From NCBI GenBank assembly GCA_041179505.1, contig JBEGTH010000012.1, forward strand, positions 1 to 32,000: DNA of 32,000 bases, in the 5' to 3' direction. The notes under the pieces were generated by a model, which ran no database searches, had not been told where the DNA came from, and was given only the letters and a program-made list of their open reading frames with translations. The translations under genes and the position numbers were made by a program. Origin of the DNA: Pseudomonadota bacterium. Lineage in GTDB: Bacteria > Pseudomonadota > Gammaproteobacteria > Burkholderiales > Burkholderiaceae. This document shows positions 1 to 7,614 of this stretch, one piece after another (the first letter of the stretch is position 1; every line of letters starts with the position of its first letter).

Positions 1-1233
1 CCAGAAACGCTAAGCGCAGAGATTTACTAAAAAAAATTGCTCAAGCGAGCGCTTTGGTTTTTTTGGGCCCCACTCAATTAGCCTTTGGCGCAAAGTTACT
101 AGCCGTTCGGATGTGGCCTGCTGAGGACTACACACGTGTGACACTGGAGTCTGATGAGGTTCTCAAAGTCAGCCATCAACTTTTAACCAACCCACACCGC
201 CTAGTGGTCGATGTTGAGGGCTTAGAGCTCACCAACACCCTCAAAGAGCTAGTAGCTAAAGTAAAAAGTAAAAGTAATGACCCTTATGTCTCTCAGGTTC
301 GAGTGGGGCAATTTCAAACAAAAGTAGTTCGATTGGTATTTGATCTAAAAGAAAGTATTCAGCCACAGTTATTTTCTTTAGAACCCGTCGGTAGTTATCA
401 AAATCGATTGGTGTTTGACTTATACCCAACAGTTGCGAATGATCCACTGATGGATTTAGTGCGCAGCAGTTCCAAAAAATCTGCTGCATTAGATCTAGAA
501 GATCCGATTGGCGCTATCGCCAGAAAAGAGGCTCTCAAGCAAGATAAGCAAGATGGTCATGGCGCCCATAAGGCTGATCCGAAATCTCCATATAAACGCC
601 TATTAACCATTGCAATCGACCCAGGCTAGAAAGCTCAAAGAGAAAATTGAGCAAGAACCAGACATGCGCTCATACCTCACGCGTGATGGCGATTACTTTG
701 TACCTCTTCACACACGTGTTAATAAAGCTCGCAGGGTTCAGGCTGATTTATTTGTTTCAGTGCATGCTGATGCGTTTATACAGTCTCATGCAAAAGGCGC
801 CTCGGTGTTTGCTTTATCTCAGCAAGGTGCCACGAGTACAGCAGCTAGGTGGTTAGCCAATAAAGAAAATAATGCGGACCTAATTGGTGGTTTAAATATT
901 AAGTCTCAAGATAAGCAAGTAGCCCAACTACTTTTAGATATGTCGACCACGGCGCAAATTAAAGACAGTCTCAAGTTAGGCGATGCGGTATTAAAACAAA
1001 TTGGTGGCTTTGCTAAATTACATAAAAAGCATGTTGAGCAAGCCAGCTTTGCAGTACTAAAAGCACCCGATGTTCCATCGATCTTGATTGAGACAGCATT
1101 CATCAGCAACCCTGAAGAAGAAGCACGCCTGAATGATGTGGAGTACCAAGAACAGATTGCCTCAGCGATATTAAAAGGCATCAGAAGTTACTTTGCGAAG
1201 AATCCTCCTGTCGCAAAATCTAGACAAATCTAG
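1..1233 (+). pseudogene. amiC: N-acetylmuramoyl-L-alanine amidase, AmiC-like (Tat signal + AMIN domain + amidase_3). The 5' end lies outside the window and the frame is broken near 627.
   Basis: The frame of ORF 54..629 is open back to the window edge and reads ..KRRDLLKKIAQASALVFLG.. (twin-arginine signal), then an AMIN-like domain. It ends ..LLTIAIDPG followed by TAG at 627..629. The catalytic amidase_3 part continues in another frame (610..1233): ARKLKEKIEQEPDMRSYLTRDGDYFVPL..ADLFVSVHADAF..ETAFISNPEE. The ~23 aa normally between DPG and this point (HGGxDxGA...EK...) are missing. Confidence 0.7.
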
Positions 1234-1277
1234 CTCTAATTTAAAAAGTCCGCTATAATCTTCTTTTTCGCAGATTT

Positions 1278-1353
1278 GGGTCGGTAGCTCAGTCGGTAGA
1301 GCAGCGGACTTTTAATCCGTTGGTCGCGAGTTCGAATCTCGCCCGACCCACCA
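1278..1353 (+). tRNA. tRNA-Lys (anticodon UUU)
   Basis: A 76-nt cloverleaf read by eye. Acceptor GGGTCGG/CCGACCC; D arm GCTC-AGTCGGTA-GAGC; anticodon arm GCGGA-CTTTTAA-TCCGT (anticodon TTT); T arm GCGAG-TTCGAAT-CTCGC; discriminator A; encoded CCA. Confidence 0.95.
1335..1353. repeat. attL core: 19-bp direct repeat formed by the 3' end of tRNA-Lys
   Basis: AATCTCGCCCGACCCACCA occurs here and again exactly at 10963..10981. The second copy is preceded by a degenerate GCGAGTT matching the tRNA T-stem. Confidence 0.8.
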
Positions 1354-1370
1354 TAATCTGTATTAGAAAC

Positions 1371-1402
1371 AATGACTTGCTAACCGCAAGTCATTTTTTT
1401 TG
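1371..1402 (+). terminator. Rho-independent terminator supplied by the island for the reconstituted tRNA-Lys
   Basis: AATGACTTGC-TAACC-GCAAGTCATT stem-loop followed by a T8 run. Confidence 0.65.
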
Positions 1403-1422
1403 CCCATTTTTTGCGTAAAAAT

Positions 1423-1443
1423 CAATCGCACACCAATCGCACA
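1423..1443 (+). repeat. Tandem 10-bp direct repeat CAATCGCACA x2 (candidate integrase arm-type sites)
   Basis: CAATCGCACA at 1423..1432 and 1434..1443 (11-bp register), between attL and the int promoter. Confidence 0.4.
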
Positions 1444-1453
1444 TTTCATATAT

Positions 1454-1482
1454 TTGCTTTAATACCAGATTTTTGGTATAAT
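1454..1482 (+). promoter_or_regulatory. Candidate sigma70 promoter of int (extended -10)
   Basis: TTGCTT (1454..1459), 17-bp spacer, TG-n-TATAAT (TATAAT at 1477..1482), about 27 nt upstream of the int ATG. Confidence 0.45.
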
Positions 1483-1508
1483 GGATTTATATATGAAAAA
1501 ACCCTGCA

Positions 1509-2891
1509 ATGCGCTCCACATTTGATTCTACGGTCATTTTAAGACCCCAAGAGCTACGTTTAAAGCGTCGTGCGAATTCTGGCGCCTGGCAAATTCATTA
1601 CAAAATTGGCTCGAATAAAAAGTGGGTTCGAGTAACTAGTAAAACCAGTGATTTATCGGCTGCCAAGCAGATTGCTGAAGACCTCTTTCATGAGGCCCGA
1701 GTACTAGATAAACGCGGTCTATCAATCATCAGCAAAAAGTTTAAAGCAGTAGCTCAAGTGGTCAGCGAACGATTTAAAGAGCAAGTCAAAGCCAAAACAG
1801 GCAAAAAGGCCTATGCAGACTACTACCGGGCCATTGATTCTTACCTTATCTCCTTCTTTGGCGGGCATAACGTAGACAACATCACCCCTGCACTCATTGC
1901 TGAGTTTCATCAATGGCGAACAGAACAAGTTGGTTACGAGCTCAAAGCATCAACTCAAAACAATCACAACAGCGCCTTAAATGCCGTATTTGATTACGCC
2001 ATTGAAAAAGGTTGGATGACCAATAGCCAAAGACCTAGCCTTAAAAACACTGGTGAAGCCACTTCTGCTCGCGGCATCTTTAGTACCGATGAATTATTAG
2101 AGCTACAAAAGTTCATCCAAAAATGGACTAAAGATGGTCGCAAAGGCAAAACGCAATATCTACGTGAGTTGCTTGGTCTCTATGTCACCTTCATTGCTTG
2201 TACAGGTGTTCGTCCAGGCACAGAAACTAAAGAGCTGAAGTGGAAGCATATTGAATTTATCCAAAAGACCAATATGCGTGTAATTCACATTACTCTGCCC
2301 CAAGGCAAGCGTGGCAGTCGTGAGCTTATTGCCCGTAACGAACTTTGGCCGCTATTAGATAAGCTACGTGAACTGCAACCAGAATATAAAGACCTTACTT
2401 TAGAGCAGCTCATTGCCAAAAAAGAAAACAAACACATTTTCCGTATGCGCGATGGAACAATCCCTTACAACCTAGTTAATGCCTTTGGAGATTGCCTACG
2501 CGAAGCTAGCATGGACAAGGGTGATAAAGATGGCAGACCGAGAAGCTTGTATAGCCTACGTCACTACTACGCTACGCAGCGGGTGTTAGAGGGTATGAGT
2601 TTTGGCTTATTGGCCAAGCAAATGGGTACTAGCATTTTGATGATTGAGCGCCACTATAGCCACTTAAAACCCCTCATGGTCGCAGAGCAGCTTGCTGGAG
2701 ATATTCCCGACGATAAAACAGCAGCCAATGATGAAATCCGTCGCTTTATGAATCCAGGACCAGTACGCAGTGACGTAATGAACTTGGTCGGAGCAACTAC
2801 TGGCGTTTATCTACCACTTGAGCAGGCGAATCCATCTGCAACGGATGAGCTTAAAGCTGAATTAAAAAAAGTAGCTACAAAGGTCAAATAA
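1509..2891 (+). CDS. int: Tyrosine-type site-specific integrase (phage integrase family)
   Basis: 460 aa. C-terminal catalytic boxes GVRPGTE (Arg I), SLYSLRHYYAT (Arg II box) and MIERHYSHL (Tyr nucleophile box). First gene inside attL next to a tRNA. Confidence 0.9.
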   Translation: MRSTFDSTVILRPQELRLKRRANSGAWQIHYKIGSNKKWVRVTSKTSDLSAAKQIAEDLFHEARVLDKRGLSIISKKFKAVAQVVSERFKEQVKAKTGKKAYADYYRAIDSYLISFFGGHNVDNITPALIAEFHQWRTEQVGYELKASTQNNHNSALNAVFDYAIEKGWMTNSQRPSLKNTGEATSARGIFSTDELLELQKFIQKWTKDGRKGKTQYLRELLGLYVTFIACTGVRPGTETKELKWKHIEFIQKTNMRVIHITLPQGKRGSRELIARNELWPLLDKLRELQPEYKDLTLEQLIAKKENKHIFRMRDGTIPYNLVNAFGDCLREASMDKGDKDGRPRSLYSLRHYYATQRVLEGMSFGLLAKQMGTSILMIERHYSHLKPLMVAEQLAGDIPDDKTAANDEIRRFMNPGPVRSDVMNLVGATTGVYLPLEQANPSATDELKAELKKVATKVK

Positions 2892-2933
2892 GATGAACTT
2901 AATACTATGCAATCTCACGGCTGAGGCGCTCAA

Positions 2934-3413
2934 ATGAACGAGTTCATTGTGAGCTTTTTTGAAAATCACGCAAAGGGCATCCTGGGCGAATGTCATGCTC
3001 GTGCCAATGATTTACATCATTTCAAACAAGTACTCTATCGTCTTAATCAAGGGGAAGATCTAAGTAGCGAACTGCCTCAGCTTAAAAAGCTAGATAAAAA
3101 AACGGCTATTAGTGCAGTCAAAACCTTGATCAAGCGCTGTGAAGAAGATATGTTGGCATTTTGGCTATTACCCAACAGCCAAAAAATCAAGGTTGAGGTA
3201 AAGCATTCATACCCTGCTACTGACTTGGTGCCAAGATTTACAGCCAACCATACTTTTACAACTCCAGCTGGCAAGGTTGGCATTCGAGTGGCCACCCAAG
3301 GCAACTATATTTCGGTACAAACCAATACCAAAGATATAACCAAACCAAAGCTAGACGAAGCGATTCGAAGCATTGAGCGGCAACTCGTGCTCATCAATCT
3401 TTCGGAACATTGA
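2934..3413 (+). CDS. Hypothetical protein (159 aa), island-borne
   Basis: Long ORF with GAGG 7 nt upstream of the ATG. No motif I recognise. Confidence 0.6.
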   Translation: MNEFIVSFFENHAKGILGECHARANDLHHFKQVLYRLNQGEDLSSELPQLKKLDKKTAISAVKTLIKRCEEDMLAFWLLPNSQKIKVEVKHSYPATDLVPRFTANHTFTTPAGKVGIRVATQGNYISVQTNTKDITKPKLDEAIRSIERQLVLINLSEH

Positions 3414-3433
3414 AAATAAGAGTTCGATTTTTC

Positions 3434-3958
3434 TTAAGAAACGCTTTCCGGACAATAGCTCTCATTGACTTCCTCAGAACCAGAATAGGCCCCGGATTTG
3501 CAATGCTTGCATGTAATGAGCCCATTTGCATAGATACGGAGACACTCAAAATAAACATATCGTGCCTTTTCATTAGCTACACATGCAAGCTCGATCCACC
3601 CTAGGTCAATAAACGGACTAATTAACTTTGATAGGCGATCAAGTGGAATGGGTGCATCAATAAACCCACAGTATTTATTCCAATCATCACCGCTCATTTT
3701 GTCTGGGCTTTTAGAGATCAATTTTCCCTCGCTAAGGCCAAATTCATAAGAAGTAATTTCTTTAGGTATAGCTGTCGGATACTGGGGACGATCAAATGCA
3801 AATCCATCGATATACAATAAAGAGTGCTGTTCTGAATAGACCCACTTAGCCCCCGAATTGTCCCACTCATATTCATTTAATAAATCTTTTAACCCCTTCA
3901 AATCAGCAATACAATCATTTGATTTTGAAAAAGTGATCATTCCATAGGCATCAGCCAT
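3434..3958 (-). CDS. Hypothetical protein (174 aa), Trp/Tyr- and Cys-containing, no signal peptide
   Basis: ORF with AGGGGA about 6 nt upstream of the ATG. Separated from the upstream operon by 141 nt that contain the 16-bp palindrome. Confidence 0.65.
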   Translation of the reverse strand: MADAYGMITFSKSNDCIADLKGLKDLLNEYEWDNSGAKWVYSEQHSLLYIDGFAFDRPQYPTAIPKEITSYEFGLSEGKLISKSPDKMSGDDWNKYCGFIDAPIPLDRLSKLISPFIDLGWIELACVANEKARYVYFECLRIYANGLITCKHCKSGAYSGSEEVNESYCPESVS

Positions 3959-4041
3959 ATATTTCCCCTAATTTAAATTTTTAAAATTGAACTTCCCCAT
4001 GGGGCAATAGATCATCATGGTCGAGACATCTACCACTAACC

Positions 4042-4060
4042 ACCGTTACTTAAGTAACGC
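4042..4060. repeat. 19-nt site ACCGTTACTTAAGTAACGC (perfect 16-bp palindrome CGTTACTTAAGTAACG), copy 1
   Basis: Identical 19-mer at 10454..10472. Intergenic, with no T-tract on either side. Confidence 0.85.
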
Positions 4061-4099
4061 CAAATAACCTAAGGCCCAAGTTTTACCCATAACAAATAA

Positions 4100-5002
4100 C
4101 TAAGCCGCCTTATCAATGTCCGACCCTGCATCATTTGCAGCTTCTTGATTAGCCAACTTTTTTAGTTCTGCAGCCTGTTCGCGCTCATTACGCTCTTTCT
4201 CACGTAAAGCATCACGTTTAGCCAAGCGCTGGCGCCACTCAATAACCTGCTGCTTGGCAACTGCCATGCTGGCCTTTTCTTCGTCACGGTATAAGCCCTG
4301 TGCATGTAAATAATTGAAAGACTGAATCATAAGCTGGTCATCCAATTGCTCATACATTGGCAGCGCACCCACAACCTTATATTCACCATCCACAATATGG
4401 GAAATCGTGTATTGAAACGAACCAAAGCGTGTTAAATCTCGCATCGCACTTTCATGCTCCTTCGGGATAATAAAAGTTGCTAGCGGTTTTTTTGCGCGAT
4501 CCTCGAAGTAAAACCGAGCAAACATGATGGCATTGTCATTTAGATATTGTTGCTTATCCTCCTTTGCTTTGACAATATCAGGATTGACCGTGCTCTGACG
4601 GATACGCTCAATACCTTCATTGGCTTTAATAAAAGCTGGTAAATCTACGGGATTTACTCCTGCATCAATAGCTACCTGCAGCACACGAGCGTAGACATGC
4701 GCTGTTTTGCGGTTTTTGCGGATCACATAGCGAACGATGATATTCAAATCAGGGCTGTTATTTTGAGTTTTGATCTTATATTCACGACTTAATGTGCGGC
4801 GCATTTTCTTGATCACATGCTCCAAATTGGGCATAGCTAAGACCTCAACTGCATAAGCCATCACTTCAGAAAGCAAAATACCAAGCTTCTCGTTCCCTTT
4901 CTCCACATAAGTTTCCACATAGGCATCGTGCTTCCCTGATAAGGCTGTACCCTGCTCCAAAAGATTTTTAATCTTTTCTACTACTTGCTTTTTAGTAACC
5001 AT
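4100..5002 (-). CDS. Hypothetical protein (~300 aa) with a charged coiled-coil-like C-terminus
   Basis: AAGGAGGGG precedes the start (ATG 5002; alternative GTG 5005). The C-terminus reads RQRLAKRDALREKERNEREQAAELKKLANQEAAN. No recognisable enzymatic motif. Confidence 0.7.
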   Translation of the reverse strand: MVTKKQVVEKIKNLLEQGTALSGKHDAYVETYVEKGNEKLGILLSEVMAYAVEVLAMPNLEHVIKKMRRTLSREYKIKTQNNSPDLNIIVRYVIRKNRKTAHVYARVLQVAIDAGVNPVDLPAFIKANEGIERIRQSTVNPDIVKAKEDKQQYLNDNAIMFARFYFEDRAKKPLATFIIPKEHESAMRDLTRFGSFQYTISHIVDGEYKVVGALPMYEQLDDQLMIQSFNYLHAQGLYRDEEKASMAVAKQQVIEWRQRLAKRDALREKERNEREQAAELKKLANQEAANDAGSDIDKAA

Positions 5003-5011
5003 CACCCCTCC

Positions 5012-5389
5012 TTAATGAAAAAATTTCTCAAAATTTGGATTAAAAGGAGCGGGATCCTGCGGCTTCACAAATGCTAAAACATGACTAAGATCGATTGACC
5101 CTCCTTCTAGATACGCATCAAGTGCTAGTAATAGCGCACAAAGGGTCATGTAATAACCCCCGTAAAACCCCTCCTCTTCGCGCAACTCAGGGTTTAAGTC
5201 CACTAAGTTTTTAAGATCTAGCACCTTAGAGAGAACATCCTCTCGCACAACTTCAACCTTGCCTGGACCCTGATCGATATGAAGCCCAATCATGCAAATT
5301 AAGGATGAAAAAATTGCCAATGAAATGTTCATGGAAAAATTCAACCCATACTCCTCCATTGATACCAATACTGATTTATCGCTGCTCAT
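5012..5389 (-). CDS. Hypothetical protein (125 aa)
   Basis: Strong AAGGAG 7 nt upstream of the ATG. The N-terminus resembles that of the 6204..6581 product. Confidence 0.7.
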   Translation of the reverse strand: MSSDKSVLVSMEEYGLNFSMNISLAIFSSLICMIGLHIDQGPGKVEVVREDVLSKVLDLKNLVDLNPELREEEGFYGGYYMTLCALLLALDAYLEGGSIDLSHVLAFVKPQDPAPFNPNFEKFFH

Positions 5390-5408
5390 AAAATACTCCT
5401 TTGATTAA

Positions 5409-5780
5409 TTAACGAAATTTATTTAAAACTATTGGTTTCTTTTTAGAATGTCGCTTTTTGGTGCGCGCTAAAAAACCAATCTTTTCCAGCGCCTTATTGC
5501 GAACTTCTTCAGAAAACAATTCGACATACTTGTTTTTACAAACGATGTATTCCACGGTTAAGCAACCCTTTCCAATTAACAATAGGTCTACAAATCCATC
5601 ATTAATCTTAGGAAGCATCACGATTTGAGTTGCTGCCTTGACCGCACCATGTTTCTCAACTAATGTGCGGACAGTTAAATGTCTGCGAGGCAAAATCTTC
5701 TCAGCCTTACTGCAAGCAAGCAGCAACTCTGCTTCAAACTGCTGAGCCATAGTTTTTTCCTCTTTAGGTATTGCAGTCAT
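5409..5780 (-). CDS. Hypothetical protein (123 aa) with a basic C-terminal tail
   Basis: The ATG directly abuts the stop of the upstream gene (TAAATG at 5783..5778), with GAGG upstream. The tail reads ARTKKRHSKKKPIVLNKFR. Confidence 0.7.
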   Translation of the reverse strand: MTAIPKEEKTMAQQFEAELLLACSKAEKILPRRHLTVRTLVEKHGAVKAATQIVMLPKINDGFVDLLLIGKGCLTVEYIVCKNKYVELFSEEVRNKALEKIGFLARTKKRHSKKKPIVLNKFR

Positions 5781-6188
5781 TTATGCAGCCTCTGCAATCA
5801 CTGTGAAGTAACTAGGCTCGATAGCAGCTACATTGCGCGGCTTTATAGGGCCAACAAGGTCGCCGTAATTAGCTACTTGGGTATTGCTATACACACGTCC
5901 CCAATAGGATTTATTCAAAGCCAAATCCAAAGTAACCTTTGTAACCTCAACCCAAAAACGCTCTTGATAGGTTTTTTCAAGCGGCCAATTCACAACAACT
6001 TTAATCAGCTGACCAATCTGAATACTTTCGCGCTCTTCTTGCTCCACAAGATCAATCGAATTGGCAAAGCCCATGTCCAGATAGTCTAGGTTCTTAAGGT
6101 AGATATCCTTGACCTCTCCGCCTTGCACCAAGTTCGCTACATCCATCGTTTCCCGATGAAAGAGCGGATCATTAACAGCTTGCTTCAT
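5781..6188 (-). CDS. Hypothetical protein (135 aa)
   Basis: ORF in an operon context. Contains ERFWVEVTKV...YWGRVYSN...GDLVGP, reminiscent of small beta-barrel DUF2314/DUF4265-type proteins (weak, from memory). Confidence 0.65.
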   Translation of the reverse strand: MKQAVNDPLFHRETMDVANLVQGGEVKDIYLKNLDYLDMGFANSIDLVEQEERESIQIGQLIKVVVNWPLEKTYQERFWVEVTKVTLDLALNKSYWGRVYSNTQVANYGDLVGPIKPRNVAAIEPSYFTVIAEAA

Positions 6189-6203
6189 AATCCACCCCCC
6201 TTC

Positions 6204-6581
6204 TTATTCGGAAACCGCTAAGTTGTCGAGGACCTCAAAAAAGCCCTCCTTATCCATCATCAGTGACTCACCAGTAGCCAACTTCAGCGGCTCCTCATAG
6301 AGCATAGAATTGCTAACGGCAATCACTAAGCAGCTAGTAAAGTGAGGCGCCATGTGATCAAGTAAGCCAACTTGCTTATACATAGCTGATACCAAGTGCG
6401 ATTCCTGCTTAAGCTTCTTGTTTGCCTTTAAGTGGCGCTTTTCATACTCCGTAAAGCCAACCTCAGCAATAGCAGCAGAGACCAGCTCTTGAGTGCCCTT
6501 GATCTGCGATACGGTCGCAGGCACAGAGAAAGCCATACCCTGCTCACTCATGTCGATATGCAATGTTTTAGATGCATTCAT
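6204..6581 (-). CDS. Hypothetical protein (125 aa), first gene of the operon
   Basis: ORF with AAAGG about 8 nt upstream. A 253-nt divergent control region lies upstream. Confidence 0.65.
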   Translation of the reverse strand: MNASKTLHIDMSEQGMAFSVPATVSQIKGTQELVSAAIAEVGFTEYEKRHLKANKKLKQESHLVSAMYKQVGLLDHMAPHFTSCLVIAVSNSMLYEEPLKLATGESLMMDKEGFFEVLDNLAVSE

Positions 6582-6834
6582 AAAATTACCTTTCGTTTCT
6601 ATATTGTTAAAATGACTTTGAAATAAATCTCAGCCGCTATGCAACAGATACTCCCGATTGCATATAAAAAATTTTCCTCTCATTGCTTCAATTCGTAATC
6701 CTGAACTTGAAGGTTTTCTCCATGTTCCGAAACCCCACTAAGTACGACTTCAAACTCCATTCAGGGCTTCATGCTATAAAGGCTAGAAGCCAATTACATT
6801 GGGATAACAGGAGGGGAACATAAGTTCCGAAGCT

Positions 6835-7614
6835 ATGGATATCGAATACTTTTACAAAGGCCTGCCATATGAAAATGAGGTCTTTGGCTTCACGCTTGAG
6901 GCATCAACCTCTAAGTCAAAGGGCACCATGTATGAAGCATGGTTTGATTTGCTAAAAGCATCACCTTGGTACAGCCAGATGGCCACAGGAAGCTACCCTA
7001 GCAAGCAAGCAGAAAATACCTGGAAAGGGTTTGGAGATCTGTCAGAAATTACCTTTAGTGACTGGTGGAAAGATCGTGGCTACAAAATATTTGCCGAAAA
7101 AGTTCCGTACAGAAAAATCGAACGAATTGTGTTGAACTATAAGATCAAACCCTCAAAGGATATAAATGCAATCCCCGTATTACATCTTGAGGTTCCCTTA
7201 AATCTGCAACCCTCAGAGCTCAAGCGGCAATTTGGCGAAATTTTAGCTAGGCAGGAAGAACTTTATCTGTCCGATAGATTCAATCGATGGGATCACAGCA
7301 GAGCAGACTTTCATTTAGTACGCGATGGAAAGCTCGATTACAGCGACATTAAATTCAGACTTGATCTATATGCTGAATTCCAAGCAGAAAAGAAAAAGCC
7401 TGGGTTCAAGAAGAATGTATTTGCCCAGGAGAGAAAATTAGTAAGTCATATAACTATCGATGACCATCTAACAAATCAATACACTAAAGAGCTCAATGAC
7501 AGCCTTGATCATTTAATAGAGCAAACACTGTCTTTAATGGCTCATGCTACTGAGGGTCACTTCCCAGAAACAATGCCGCACTCCTGGGTCAAGGAGCTGA
7601 AAGGCAAAGCTTAA
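6835..7614 (+). CDS. Hypothetical protein (259 aa), Trp-rich N-terminal half
   Basis: Long ORF divergent from the 6581 operon. Its stop overlaps the stop of the convergent recombinase gene in TTAA (7611..7614). The start codon is uncertain because the AGGAGG is 20 nt upstream. Confidence 0.6.
   Translation: MDIEYFYKGLPYENEVFGFTLEASTSKSKGTMYEAWFDLLKASPWYSQMATGSYPSKQAENTWKGFGDLSEITFSDWWKDRGYKIFAEKVPYRKIERIVLNYKIKPSKDINAIPVLHLEVPLNLQPSELKRQFGEILARQEELYLSDRFNRWDHSRADFHLVRDGKLDYSDIKFRLDLYAEFQAEKKKPGFKKNVFAQERKLVSHITIDDHLTNQYTKELNDSLDHLIEQTLSLMAHATEGHFPETMPHSWVKELKGKA

Noticed and set aside
256-1181. ORFs 256-489(-), 647-856(+) and 906-1181(-) within the amidase locus.
   Set aside because: They overlap the AmiC-like frames, which have clear homology-style motifs. 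These alternatives have none.
3995-4004. The 10-bp palindrome CCCCATGGGG upstream of 3434-3958.
   Set aside because: It is a single occurrence, contains an NcoI-like site, and is too short and tight to fold. I have no supporting context, though it may contribute to the promoter region.
4044-4059. The 16-bp palindrome considered as a rho-independent terminator of the 4100-5002 gene.
   Set aside because: It has only a 6-bp stem and 4-nt loop, with no T-run on either strand. The identical second copy at 10456 is not at a gene end.
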